NCBI GenBank assembly: GCA_964398055.1 | Contig: CAYNLK010000005.1 | Coordinates: 77,875 to 141,874, forward strand | DNA length: 64,000 nt | Source: an uncultured Caldilineaceae bacterium | GTDB taxonomy: Bacteria; Chloroflexota; Anaerolineae; 4572-78; J111 | Reading direction: 5' to 3' | In this document: positions 17,786-27,089 of the stretch, piece after piece | Position numbering within the stretch: position 1 is the first letter of the stretch | Layout of the letters: the number at the start of each line of letters is the position of its first letter | Notes under the pieces: generated by a model | What the model was told of the DNA's origin: nothing | Seen by the model: only the letters and a program-made list of their open reading frames with translations | Database searches by the model: none | Program-made: the position numbers and the translations under genes

Positions 17786-18081
17786 ATGCTCTACTCCTAA
17801 ATTAAAAACCCCTTTCATCCTCAAGGACGAAAGGGATTCCCTCTCCGCGGTACCACCTTGATTGCCGGCGTTAATTACCTTGCCGACCTCTCTGCTCGCG
17901 CTAACGGGCGAACCCGAAGCAACCTACTGGGCTGGGCCGTTCAGTTGCTCAACTCCCAGGCGACCTTCGGCGGTGATGACTGAGCGAGGCTTCCAGCCAA
18001 TAACCCCACCTCTCTGGCAGTCTCGGACCACCTACTCCTCCTGCTCAACGTTTTTGATTAAATTGATTAACTCTGAAAGCA
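17786..18081 (-). promoter_or_regulatory. T-box leader (tRNA-sensing riboswitch) of valS, candidate GUC specifier
   Basis: On the minus strand there is an AGAGA box (CCAGAGAGG) and a candidate specifier GAAG-GUC-G (17962..17964). The T-box sequence AAGGTGGTACCGCGG lies at 17845..17857. A terminator, CCCTTTC...GAAAGGG + GTTTTT, lies at 17804..17835. Confidence 0.8.
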
Positions 18082-18087
18082 GGCCAT

Positions 18088-18116
18088 AGTATAAACAACT
18101 ACGAATATACTGTCAA
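18088..18116 (-). promoter_or_regulatory. Sigma-70-type promoter of the valS T-box leader
   Basis: The minus strand reads TTGACA-N17-TATACT (-35 at 18111..18116, -10 at 18088..18093). Confidence 0.6.
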
Positions 18117-18146
18117 GTGCCCTTCCGGAGAAATTTAGGCCGGCTA

Positions 18147-18752
18147 TTAACCCAGAAACCGTATCACCCAGATCATGGATTGGGCGCCAGCCCAGGCAAA
18201 GATGAGAGTTTTGATGGTTTTGCCTAACCAGCAGGCCAGTAAAAATTTAAAGTAGCCGTATCTCAACATACCGGCTGCAATTCCGGCCAGGTCTATGATC
18301 GGATTGGGCACCACCGATAACACAAAGATGGTCAACATGCCGTGATTTTCCACCCAGCGCCGCATCCGTTTGTAAAGCTGTTTGTTTTCGACCATGGCTG
18401 AACCGGTATAGCCGGCCAAGTAGCCGGTCGACTCGCCCAGGGCCTCGCCAATGCCGGCCACCAAACCGACCAAGGGCCAACTGAGGATGGCGCCCATACT
18501 GAAAGTAACCGCCAGGCTGGGAATCGGTAGGGCGATGGAGGCATTGGCAATCAGGCTAATCAAAAAGACACCAGGATAACCATACTGTTGAAATTGCCTG
18601 ATGTAGGGAGCAAAGATAAAGATCAGCAGAGTAACGCCGCCGGAGATCAATAAAAAAAGCAGCCCGCTGACGACCTGGCGGGTGCTAAAGCGACGTTTTT
18701 GGGGGGCAGTATCGGCCGTAAGCGGCTCGGCCGCGCGGGTTGACTCGGTCAA
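18147..18752 (-). CDS. DedA/VTT-domain (SNARE-associated, YqaA-like) membrane protein
   Basis: Polytopic, with the pattern PGVFLISLIANASIALPIPS and GYFKFLLACWLGKTIK. The start is TTG. Confidence 0.6.
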   Translation of the reverse strand: MTESTRAAEPLTADTAPQKRRFSTRQVVSGLLFLLISGGVTLLIFIFAPYIRQFQQYGYPGVFLISLIANASIALPIPSLAVTFSMGAILSWPLVGLVAGIGEALGESTGYLAGYTGSAMVENKQLYKRMRRWVENHGMLTIFVLSVVPNPIIDLAGIAAGMLRYGYFKFLLACWLGKTIKTLIFAWAGAQSMIWVIRFLG

Positions 18753-18843
18753 GTTCCGCAGTTCCTTGCATAAAATTGATCATCATTTCTGGGTGGTTAG
18801 TGTACCATGAACCGCGGCGGAGTCAACTCATTTGGCCGGTAAC

Positions 18844-19776
18844 TTAGGAGCGCTTCAAGATCAAAGCCCAATTTGACGCTGGCTCATTTTTCAGGTAAGT
18901 TCGCCAATTTTTGGCCGGCACGGTTAGATTAGGGTTGCGAGTCCAGGAACGGAGAAAATCTTCCAGCGGCACCTCATCCATGCCCAGGGTTGATCCGGCC
19001 AACTTGACCTTTCTGGACTTAAAGCCAATGCTTTCGACGAGCAGAAAATGACCGAACGAGCCATTATAATCCCCGGTTAATTGAAACTGCCCGCCGACGT
19101 ACCTGGCCCGGACTAACACCAGCACCACCCCGCCCTGCCGCAAATGTTTGAGGATGTCCGAGGTACGATACTCTTCGCTGGATTCAATTTTGAGCGGATT
19201 ACCCACCTGATTATTGAGCGTAACCGCAGTATTGATCAACCCCCACTTGGTAATCCCCTCGGCATTGAAGCCGTTGTTGACGGCAATATTGCGCAGGTGG
19301 CCGTAGCTGACATCAACGCCCATCCCCTGCCAGGCCGCAAACAGCGACACCGGCCCACAGGCGTTGTTTGTACCTGGCGGGAAAAACGGTTCCGGGTAGT
19401 AGATTTGGTTGACGGTCGGCGCATTGACCCGGTTATTGTTCCTGAGCAAGATTTTGGGGAGAGTAATCATTACCGGCGCCTGGGTGGGTCGCGGGGTAGG
19501 CGTAAAGCCCGGGGGAAAACCACCCGGCGCCAGAATGGGTGTAGGCACCGGAGTCGCCGGCCAGGTAGGGGTAGGCGAAGGCCGGGCGCCGGGTCCGGGC
19601 CAGGGGGTAGGCGTCACGATAGCCGCAGTTGGCGGCGCGCCCAGGCCAGCCAGCTCCGCTTTGGCCAAAGAGTCGGTGGCCGTGATAACATAAAAGAGAC
19701 CGCCAACGATCAGTAAGTCAGCGATGACAATGGCGACCAGGAGATATCGCCACTGCTGTGAGGTCAGGTTTGGCAA
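18844..19776 (-). CDS. Membrane-anchored peptidase C39-like (papain-fold Cys/His) domain protein
   Basis: TM anchor and a Pro/Thr/Gly-rich linker. The domain carries NNACGPVSLFAAW (Cys) and SFGHFLLV (His). The TTG start is uncertain. Confidence 0.55.
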   Translation of the reverse strand: MPNLTSQQWRYLLVAIVIADLLIVGGLFYVITATDSLAKAELAGLGAPPTAAIVTPTPWPGPGARPSPTPTWPATPVPTPILAPGGFPPGFTPTPRPTQAPVMITLPKILLRNNNRVNAPTVNQIYYPEPFFPPGTNNACGPVSLFAAWQGMGVDVSYGHLRNIAVNNGFNAEGITKWGLINTAVTLNNQVGNPLKIESSEEYRTSDILKHLRQGGVVLVLVRARYVGGQFQLTGDYNGSFGHFLLVESIGFKSRKVKLAGSTLGMDEVPLEDFLRSWTRNPNLTVPAKNWRTYLKNEPASNWALILKRS

Positions 19777-19871
19777 TTTATCCGCTCGCTCAAGGACGAC
19801 ATAATCTTCTCAACTTTACCATAAGCTGGAAAGAGAGTCAATCTCTATCTTGGTAAGTTTTTCACCAATGG

Positions 19872-19900
19872 TTGTCAAAGAAAAACGGATATGATATACT
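19872..19900 (+). promoter_or_regulatory. Sigma-70-type promoter candidate for the carbonic anhydrase gene
   Basis: TTGTCA-N17-TATACT. Confidence 0.5.
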
Positions 19901-19982
19901 CGCTTGATCCGAATTTCCGAATTTAGAACAGGATAATTCGCTTATCGGTCGCCCGCTCGGCGACGTCGAAAGAGCAGCCAAC

Positions 19983-20582
19983 ATGTCTGATCAGGTAGCA
20001 AATTCAGTAACCCCGGCTGACGCTCTGGCCCAATTGCTGGCCGGCAATAAGCGTTACGTCACCGGACAGGCTCGGCATCCCCGCCAAGACGCCGCCCGCC
20101 GCGCTGAAGTAAGCGATGGTCAAAATCCCTTTGCCATCATTCTGGGCTGTTCCGACTCCCGCGTCCCCCCGGAACTGATTTTTGATCAAGGGCTTGGCGA
20201 TCTGTTTGTCGTTCGCGTGGCCGGCAACATTGCCAATGACGCGGTGTTGGGCAGCATCGAATATGCCGCCGAACACCTGCACGTCCCGCTGTTGGTCGTA
20301 TTGGGCCACTCCAAATGTGGCGCCATCACTGCGACTGCGGCCGGCGGTAAGTTTGAAGGCCATTTAGTCAGCCTGGCCAAAGCCATCCAGCCGGCCGTGG
20401 AGCAAGCCAAAAGCCAAAGGGGTGACCTGGTTAAGAATGCTATCCGCGAAAATACGCTCAGGGTAACCAACCAGCTTAGATCAGCCCAACCTATCCTGGC
20501 AAATTTGGTTCAAGCCGGAAAATTAAGAGTTGTCGCGGCTCATTATGAGCTGGACAGTGGTCAGGTGGAACTGCTAGAGTAA
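19983..20582 (+). CDS. Beta-class carbonic anhydrase
   Basis: Zinc ligand motifs CSDSRVPPE and GHSKCGA. Confidence 0.9.
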   Translation: MSDQVANSVTPADALAQLLAGNKRYVTGQARHPRQDAARRAEVSDGQNPFAIILGCSDSRVPPELIFDQGLGDLFVVRVAGNIANDAVLGSIEYAAEHLHVPLLVVLGHSKCGAITATAAGGKFEGHLVSLAKAIQPAVEQAKSQRGDLVKNAIRENTLRVTNQLRSAQPILANLVQAGKLRVVAAHYELDSGQVELLE

Positions 20583-20627
20583 CCCCATCGCCACTGATGA
20601 TGTTTGAAAGATTGGGAGAAATGGGCG

Positions 20628-21608
20628 TTAATTTTGCCCTGCAGCGGCGCGGTTGAGGAGTTGGGCCAACAGCCCGGCATCCATGTTGCCCCCGGAGATA
20701 ATCACCCCAACTTTGACCCCGGGCGGGCCGACCCGTCGCTGCAGCACGGCCGCGGGCGCGACTGCGCCGGTCGGTTCGGCCAGAATTTTCAGGCGAAACA
20801 ATAGAAAGGTGAGGGCGTCGATGACCTCGGCCTCACTCACCAGCACAATATCTTCGACGTGCGCTCGAATGACCGGCCAGGTCAATTCGCCGGGCTGTTG
20901 GGTGCGCATGCCATCAGCGATGGTGTCGGGTGGCGGAATCTTGACTCGTTCATTGCGCTGAAACGACTGCCACCAATCATTGGAACGTTCCGTTTCAACC
21001 CCAAAAATGCGGATGTTGGGGCGCAACGCCCTGGCCGCCGTGGCGCAGCCACTCAACAAGCCACCCCCACCGATCGGCGCCACCAACACATCCAAGTCCG
21101 GCGCCTCTTCCAAAAGCTCCAGCGCAGCCGTGCCCTGGCCGGCCATAATGTGGGGGTGATCGTACGGGTGGACAAAGATCAATCCCCGTTCCCGGGCCAG
21201 TTGGGCCGACACGTCGGCCCGTTCCATCACCTGGCGATCGTACAGCACCACCTCAGCCCCGTAGCCGCGGGTAGCCGCCAATTTGCTGGCCGGCGCATCG
21301 GTGGGCATCACAATGGTGGCCGCAATCCCCAGCAACCTGGCCGCCAGGGCAATCCCCTGGGCGTGGTTGCCAGAGGAGTGGGTCACCACCCCGCGGGCTT
21401 TCTCCGCCTTGGTTAGACGCGCCAGGGCGTTGTAAGCCCCACGGAATTTAAAGGCGCCGATGCGTTGGAAATTCTCGCTCTTGAAGTAGACCTGGTAGCC
21501 GGTCAGCGCATCAACCGTGCGGGAGGTGATCACCGGGGTGCGATTAGCCACGCCTCTGATGCGCTCGGCGGCGGATTTGACATCGTCAAAGGAAATGGCT
21601 AACGGCAT
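20628..21608 (-). CDS. PLP-dependent threonine/serine ammonia-lyase family enzyme (fold type II)
   Basis: PLP lysine motif FKFRGA, SSGNHAQG, and the glycine loop GGGGLLSG. Confidence 0.85.
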   Translation of the reverse strand: MPLAISFDDVKSAAERIRGVANRTPVITSRTVDALTGYQVYFKSENFQRIGAFKFRGAYNALARLTKAEKARGVVTHSSGNHAQGIALAARLLGIAATIVMPTDAPASKLAATRGYGAEVVLYDRQVMERADVSAQLARERGLIFVHPYDHPHIMAGQGTAALELLEEAPDLDVLVAPIGGGGLLSGCATAARALRPNIRIFGVETERSNDWWQSFQRNERVKIPPPDTIADGMRTQQPGELTWPVIRAHVEDIVLVSEAEVIDALTFLLFRLKILAEPTGAVAPAAVLQRRVGPPGVKVGVIISGGNMDAGLLAQLLNRAAAGQN

Positions 21609-21611
21609 GGT

Positions 21612-22295
21612 CTACCCTTTGCCGTTCTCGGAGAAAACATAGGCCGGGGTATAAGGCTGCCCCAACGGCAGTTTGGCTCCTTCCAAATTCTCGGCAATCG
21701 GGACTTTGTAGAACAGCATCGTCCGGCCGTAAACTTCAAATTCGTGGGCAACGTGCAAGCCTTTGAGTTCACTCACCATCCAGCGCATCGGACGATTGCG
21801 TTTCTCGATCATCAGATTGGCCGACTTCAACCCAATCAAATTAGCCCAGCCGAACATATGGCGGACCATTTCCGGGCCTAAGCCCTGGCGCAGATATTCC
21901 TTTTTCACGCCCAAAAAAATAGCGTCGCCTTCTCGCTCCGGGCTGCGGGTCAGGTCGGCATAGCGCCAGCCCTGCCTCACGTACGAGATGATGATCGGGT
22001 GGCGGACAATGGCCAGCGCCGCGGGCAGCGCCACTCGCCACAAATAGCGCCGCTTGAACTCGGTGAAGAAGCGATCGCTGGAGACCGCCATAACCGTTTG
22101 GGCCACCAGGCGGCCATCGTCAAACGCGCCGATGCCTTCACTCCACTGCGAGCGGGGCACGGCCCGGTACATCTCGATCAAAAAACGACGCCCCAGGAGC
22201 GTCAGCATGGTGCCGGGTTGTCCCTCAATGTGAATATCGGCTGCGGCTGCGGCGTCATCGGGTTGTAAATAACGAAATTCGATCATCTCAAGCAA
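21612..22295 (-). CDS. Putative GNAT-like acetyltransferase
   Basis: Weak GNAT-like core (IFLGVKKEYLRQGLGPEMVRHMF). It is separated by 3 nt from the downstream dehydratase gene. Confidence 0.4.
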   Translation of the reverse strand: MLEMIEFRYLQPDDAAAAADIHIEGQPGTMLTLLGRRFLIEMYRAVPRSQWSEGIGAFDDGRLVAQTVMAVSSDRFFTEFKRRYLWRVALPAALAIVRHPIIISYVRQGWRYADLTRSPEREGDAIFLGVKKEYLRQGLGPEMVRHMFGWANLIGLKSANLMIEKRNRPMRWMVSELKGLHVAHEFEVYGRTMLFYKVPIAENLEGAKLPLGQPYTPAYVFSENGKG

Positions 22296-22319
22296 ACTCC
22301 AAGATTGGACACTTGCCGG

Positions 22320-22349
22320 AGTATACTCTTACCCTGACTGAATGCGCAA
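22320..22349 (-). promoter_or_regulatory. Sigma-70-type promoter candidate for the GNAT/dehydratase operon
   Basis: The minus strand reads TTGCGC-N18-TATACT. Confidence 0.4.
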
Positions 22350-22469
22350 GTGTGGCCGCAGAGATGCCGGAGACTCAAACGGGGCTAAGAGCTGAAGGAT
22401 GTATGGCGAGCGTAGCCTGGTCGTAGAGCGGGCGTTGTGCGGATCGACCAAAAAAAGTTATACTAGAAG

Positions 22470-22558
22470 CCAAGAAAAGGGTTCGTGAGTAACCCAAAAG
22501 CAACCTCTTCTCCTCCTTTGCAAGGGACCCGCTGACGGCACAGCGGGTCTTTTGTTTT
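22470..22558 (+). ncRNA. Candidate small RNA (orphan promoter plus intrinsic terminator)
   Basis: Promoter TTGTGC-N18-TATACT (22435..22464). Internal hairpin GGGTT-CGTGAGT-AACCC and a CU-rich stretch CCUCUUCUCCUCCUUUG. The terminator is GACCCGCTG-ACGGCA-CAGCGGGTC + TTTTGTTTT (22526..22558). No plus-strand ORF precedes it. Confidence 0.35.
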
Positions 22559-22578
22559 GGGCCAAATCGGCGACTTGA

Positions 22579-23616
22579 TTACTCAACTCCCAAATCGGTA
22601 ACAGAAACATTGTCGATAACCGTTTTACCGCCCTGCTCGGCCATAGGGTGAAAACCTTTGATGAAGATGGTCATACTTTCTCCGGTGGCCGTAACCGTCT
22701 CTTCCGTCGCCGTCCAGACGTCCTCGCCGCCCTCATCCCAGGCAAACCACTGTACCGTCTCGGCGTTCCAGACCGTACCGCCGGTCAGATCAACCCCAAG
22801 CGCCATCTGCACCGGCGACAAACTGCGGTCGTGCTTGGCAAAAGCGGTGATACTGTAGCGATGGCCCGGTCTGGTCGAGATGGTCCGCCAGACGCCGGAA
22901 GTGGCCTGGATGAAGTCAAAAGTGATCTCCTGAGATTTGCGACCGGAGAAGACATTGGGTTGATAAAGGTTTTCATTCATGCAGGAGGAGCCATACGGCC
23001 CATCTTCCACAAAGGCTGTCCAGCCGGAAGCAACCGCAGCCCCCGGACAGGGTTCACCATAAGGATTGGGCCAGGGAATGAATTCGGTTTCAAAATCCCA
23101 GTCGCCGCCTTGCAGCGGCGGGTCCGGCGTAACCACCCGGCGGGTGGGGGCGGCCGTCGCGACGGCGGCGGTTAAGGCCAGGGTAGCCGTCACTTCGACC
23201 GCCGGTTCTATCAACGGCAGCGTGGCGAACGGAGTCGGCGACGGGCGCGGCGTCGGCGCGTTGGGGTTGGGAGTGTGAGTCGGGGCATCGAGCATCGGCA
23301 AAACCGCGGCCGGTTCGGCTTCGAGCAGCTCAGTCTCCGGGGTAACCCGGTTGGGGTCGAGCGTGGGCGTGGCGGTTTGAATCTCATACGCGGCCGGTCG
23401 TTGGGGCGGAATAGCTGTTGCCCCTCCTCCCAACGAACAAGCCAGGGACAACAGAGCTACAACCACCAGCCAAAGCCAGGGACGACGGGTGGCAAGTCGC
23501 AGGGTGCGGGTCGCAGGTTGCAGGGTACAGGGTGCAGAAGGTGGTTCGTAGGATGTCGGCAGAAGATTTACCGCCTGACCGGCGGCCAATTTGTAACCGA
23601 TAGTTTTAAGTTTCAT
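22579..23616 (-). CDS. Membrane-anchored surface protein with Pro/Thr linker and C-terminal beta-sandwich (CBM-like) domain, paralogue 1
   Basis: TM anchor and PT-rich linker. The C-terminal domain begins LQGGDWDFETEFIPWPNPYGEPCPG and ends TVIDNVSVTDLG. It is a paralogue of the next gene. Confidence 0.6.
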   Translation of the reverse strand: MKLKTIGYKLAAGQAVNLLPTSYEPPSAPCTLQPATRTLRLATRRPWLWLVVVALLSLACSLGGGATAIPPQRPAAYEIQTATPTLDPNRVTPETELLEAEPAAVLPMLDAPTHTPNPNAPTPRPSPTPFATLPLIEPAVEVTATLALTAAVATAAPTRRVVTPDPPLQGGDWDFETEFIPWPNPYGEPCPGAAVASGWTAFVEDGPYGSSCMNENLYQPNVFSGRKSQEITFDFIQATSGVWRTISTRPGHRYSITAFAKHDRSLSPVQMALGVDLTGGTVWNAETVQWFAWDEGGEDVWTATEETVTATGESMTIFIKGFHPMAEQGGKTVIDNVSVTDLGVE

Positions 23617-23621
23617 CTATC

Positions 23622-24512
23622 TTACTCCGGCCCAAGATCGACAATCCGGATCGAGTCAAGGCGCAAGGCCCCACCGGGTTCCGGGTAGGGATGAGATCCT
23701 TTGATAAAAATGGTCATCGTTTCGGCTGCAGCCGTAGCTGTGGCTTCGGTGCGGCTCCAGGCATCGTCCAGGTCTTCCAACCAGGGAAACCACTGAACCG
23801 TATCGGCCTGCCAGTCGACGCCGCCGGTCGGATCTAGCCCCAGAGACACCTCCACCTTGGCCGGGCTGAACTCGCGGCGCATAAAGGCCTCAACGCTGTA
23901 ACGATGGCCCGGAACAGTTGGCGCCGCTCTAAAAATACCAGCCTCGATGCCGACATAGGCAAAGGTAATCTCCTGGGCGCTTACACCAGAGTGGACGTTA
24001 GCCTGCCAGACCGTTTCATTGAAGCAAGCCGAGCCAAACTGGTCGCGGGTGGTGAAGGAGTTCCAGCCGTTGGCCAAACCCGAGCCTGGACAGACATCCC
24101 CATAGGGATTCTGCCAGACGGAAAAGCCCTCCTCAAAATCCCAAACGCCGCCTTGCAGCGGCTCGGCCGGGGGTGAGGTTGGGGTGGGGGTCGGCGGCGC
24201 CGTGGGGATCGGTGGGCTAACCGCTTCCGGGGCCGGCATCGGTGTTTCCGCCAATTGCGTCGCCAGAGTGGAGGTAATGGTGGAAGTGATGGTTGAAGTC
24301 AGCGCCGGGGTAGGGGTAACGTTCGGGTCAGGGGTGTAGGTTGGGGCGTCGGCCAGGAACATCACCGGCGTAACGGTGGGGGTAGACGTTTGAATTTCAA
24401 AAACCAGTTGGTCCAATGTTGGCGCCGGTTGCGGCGTTTGCCGCGCCAGGGCGCAGGCCAGGCTGGGCAGCAACAAAATAGCTACCCACCAGGGCAGGTC
24501 GATCTTAACCAT
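23622..24512 (-). CDS. Membrane-anchored surface protein, paralogue 2
   Basis: I prefer the ATG at 24512 (MVKIDLPWWVAILLLPSLACA). The C-terminal domain LQGGVWDFEEGFSVWQNPYGDVCPG...LRLDSIRIVDLG is homologous to 22579..23616. Confidence 0.6.
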   Translation of the reverse strand: MVKIDLPWWVAILLLPSLACALARQTPQPAPTLDQLVFEIQTSTPTVTPVMFLADAPTYTPDPNVTPTPALTSTITSTITSTLATQLAETPMPAPEAVSPPIPTAPPTPTPTSPPAEPLQGGVWDFEEGFSVWQNPYGDVCPGSGLANGWNSFTTRDQFGSACFNETVWQANVHSGVSAQEITFAYVGIEAGIFRAAPTVPGHRYSVEAFMRREFSPAKVEVSLGLDPTGGVDWQADTVQWFPWLEDLDDAWSRTEATATAAAETMTIFIKGSHPYPEPGGALRLDSIRIVDLGPE

Positions 24513-24589
24513 TCGCGCTCTCCTAAAAAGTTCCCGCCCCAGATTATACCCAGGAGCAGCTAAATTGGCGAGAATTGCACTAAGATAAG

Positions 24590-24679
24590 GTGACCGGCGC
24601 TTCCAACTAATCCTGAATTGGATTTGTCGCCCAAGCACCCTAATTTTGGCTCGAAAATAGTGATGAAAGCGCCGGTCAC
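24590..24679. repeat. 13-nt inverted repeat in divergent intergenic region, related to the GTGACCGGC palindrome family
   Basis: GTGACCGGCGCTT (24590..24602) and AAGCGCCGGTCAC (24667..24679). Confidence 0.6.
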
Positions 24680-24723
24680 GTAAAAAATTGGACGGCCTCA
24701 CGCAGAATGAGTCTGCCCGAATC

Positions 24724-24752
24724 TGGACACGAGCAATGGTTCAGCGTAAAAT
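24724..24752 (+). promoter_or_regulatory. Sigma-70-type promoter candidate
   Basis: TGGACA-N17-TAAAAT, followed by an AGGAGG RBS before the ATG at 24779. Confidence 0.45.
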
Positions 24753-24778
24753 GTGGCTGACCGCAGGAGGTACTGAAA

Positions 24779-26233
24779 ATGGAAAATCTGCTTGAATTCG
24801 AGGCCAGTCTGGCTGAAATGGCTGCGGAGTTGGCCGCATTTCGGCAAAGCTATCCTGCCTATACCCAAACCGGCCAGTTGGACGACTTGCGCGCCAGCGA
24901 CTATGCCCGCCTGGATGCCCAGAGGCACATCTATCTGGATTATACCGGCGGCGGGCTGTATGGCGACTCGCAACTGCGCCGGCATATGGAACTGCTGAGT
25001 AACGGCGTGTTCGGCAACCCGCACTCTAACAACCCGACTTCGCTGGCTATGACCCACCTGGTCGAGCAGGCTCGGGCCTACGTTTTGGACTTTTTTAATG
25101 CCTCGCCCACGGAGTATGTTGCTATTTTCACCCTCAACGCCAGCGGCGCGCTCAAGCTGGTCGGCGAGTCTTACCCCTTTGGGCCGGGAGGCCAATATTT
25201 ACTGACCTTTGACAATCACAACTCGGTCAACGGTATCCGGGAGTTCGCTCGCGCCGCCGGCGCTATGGTCAACTACGCCCCGGTCGTCCCGCCCGATTTG
25301 CGGGTGGATGAGGCCAAACTGGCCGGCTACCTGGAGCAGGCCGAACCCACCGGCCACAACCTGTTTGCCTTTCCGGCCCAATCGAACTTCTCCGGCGTCC
25401 AGCACCCCCTGGAATGGATTGCCCAGGCCCAGGCCAAAGGCTGGGATGTTCTGCTCGACGCGGCCGCCTTTGCCCCCACCAATCGGCTGGATTTGAGCCG
25501 CTGGCAGCCCGACTTTGTGCCCCTTTCATTCTACAAAATCTTCGGCTACCCCACCGGCGTCGGTTGTCTGCTGGCGCGAAAAAAGGCTCTGGCCAAGTTG
25601 CACCGGCCCTGGTTTGCCGGCGGCACCATTACCATCGCCTCGGTCCAGGCCCAGAATCACCATCTGGCTGAAGGCGCGGCCGCCTTTGAGGACGGTACGG
25701 TCAGTTATCTCAATCTGCCGGCGGTGGAGATTGGCTTGCGGCACATCGCCGCTATCGGGCTGGAGACCATCCACCAGCGGGTGATCAGCCTGACCGGTTG
25801 GCTGCTCGACCAGCTGCTGGCCCTGCGCCATCGCAACGGCGCGCCCCTGGTGCGGGTGTATGGCCCCACCGGCACGAATCATCGCGGCGGCACCATTGCC
25901 CTCAACTTTTATGATCCCCAGGGCCACCTGATGGAGTACCGGCGGATCGAGGCGCTGGCCAACCGGCGCAACATCTCGCTGCGCACCGGCTGCTTCTGTA
26001 ATCCCGGCGCCGGGGAGGTAGCCCACGGTTTGACCAAAGAAGAAATGACCACTTGTTTCACCAACGACCACCGCATGTCGTTTAGCCAATTTCTAACCTG
26101 CCTGCACGATGTTGATGGCAAAAGCGCCGGGGCCATTCGCATCTCGGTCGGCCTGGTCTCAAATTTTGCGGATGTGTACCGCTTTGTAGAATTTGCCCGA
26201 ACTTTTTTGGACAGGCCGGCCGACACGATTTGA
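24779..26233 (+). CDS. Class V aminotransferase-fold PLP enzyme, Moco-sulfurase (NifS-like N-domain) type
   Basis: YLDYTGGGLY, HSNNPTS, and the PLP-Lys region SFYKIFGYPTGVGCLL, typical of MOCOS/ABA3-like N-domains. Confidence 0.7.
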   Translation: MENLLEFEASLAEMAAELAAFRQSYPAYTQTGQLDDLRASDYARLDAQRHIYLDYTGGGLYGDSQLRRHMELLSNGVFGNPHSNNPTSLAMTHLVEQARAYVLDFFNASPTEYVAIFTLNASGALKLVGESYPFGPGGQYLLTFDNHNSVNGIREFARAAGAMVNYAPVVPPDLRVDEAKLAGYLEQAEPTGHNLFAFPAQSNFSGVQHPLEWIAQAQAKGWDVLLDAAAFAPTNRLDLSRWQPDFVPLSFYKIFGYPTGVGCLLARKKALAKLHRPWFAGGTITIASVQAQNHHLAEGAAAFEDGTVSYLNLPAVEIGLRHIAAIGLETIHQRVISLTGWLLDQLLALRHRNGAPLVRVYGPTGTNHRGGTIALNFYDPQGHLMEYRRIEALANRRNISLRTGCFCNPGAGEVAHGLTKEEMTTCFTNDHRMSFSQFLTCLHDVDGKSAGAIRISVGLVSNFADVYRFVEFARTFLDRPADTI

Positions 26234-26239
26234 GGAACA

Positions 26240-27043
26240 ATGAGCCTGCAACCCATCCGTTTGGCCACTTTTCTGGCCCCAAATATGCTCCCGGTCTACC
26301 AGTTCATCGCTACATATGTGGCCGAGAAACTCAACCACCCGACTGAACTGAGCGTGGGGTCATCGTTTGATCAATTTGCTGCCGGCCAGGTCGACGTGGG
26401 CTTTATTTGTGGCCTGCCCTATGTGCTCCTGGCTCGGCAGTCGCCGCCGCCGGTGGAACTGCTGGCCGCGCCGGTGCTGGCAGGAGAACGCTACCAGGAT
26501 CGCCCCATTTATTTTTCCGATGTGATTGTCCACCGCGACAGTCCGTATCAATCATTCGCCGACCTGCGCGGCTGCACCTGGGCCTACAACGATCCCGACT
26601 CCCATTCCGGGTACAACATTACCCGTTACCGCCTGATCCAAATGGGTCAGACCCGGGGTTTTTTTGGCCGGGTCGTGGCCGCGGGCTGGCATCAACGGGC
26701 CATCCAGATGGTTTGTGCCGGCGAAATCGACGCCGCCGCCATCGACTCCCAGGTGTTGGCCATTGAACTGCGCGACCAGCCCGAACTGGCGGCTCAACTA
26801 CGGGTAATCGACACGCTTGGCCCGGCCGCCATTCAGCCGGTGGTGGCGGCCAGTCGCCTGCCGGACAGCCTAAAAACCGAGCTGCAAGCCATCTTACTGA
26901 CGATGTCCGACGATCCGGTCACGCGGGAGCGATTGGCCCACGGGTTTATCAGGCGGTTTGCGCTGGTCACTGACGCCACCTATGACGATATCCGGGAGAT
27001 GCTGGCCGCGGCTGAAGCAATCGGCTTTATGACGATCAAATAG
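26240..27043 (+). CDS. PhnD-like (phosphonate-type) periplasmic-binding-fold protein lacking a signal peptide
   Basis: Pattern LATFLAPNMLPVYQFIATYV...DVGFICGLPY...SHSGYN, with no N-terminal hydrophobic leader. Confidence 0.55.
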   Translation: MSLQPIRLATFLAPNMLPVYQFIATYVAEKLNHPTELSVGSSFDQFAAGQVDVGFICGLPYVLLARQSPPPVELLAAPVLAGERYQDRPIYFSDVIVHRDSPYQSFADLRGCTWAYNDPDSHSGYNITRYRLIQMGQTRGFFGRVVAAGWHQRAIQMVCAGEIDAAAIDSQVLAIELRDQPELAAQLRVIDTLGPAAIQPVVAASRLPDSLKTELQAILLTMSDDPVTRERLAHGFIRRFALVTDATYDDIREMLAAAEAIGFMTIK

Positions 27044-27089
27044 GCGTTCCTCCAATAGTAAGTAAAATCCAGTAGAGCAGGAGGCAACT

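Noticed and set aside
24698-25195. A 165-aa minus-strand ORF overlapping the start of the Moco-sulfurase-like gene.
   Set aside because: It overlaps a gene with clear PLP-enzyme motifs and an AGGAGG RBS. Its own translation has no motif and it lacks an RBS.
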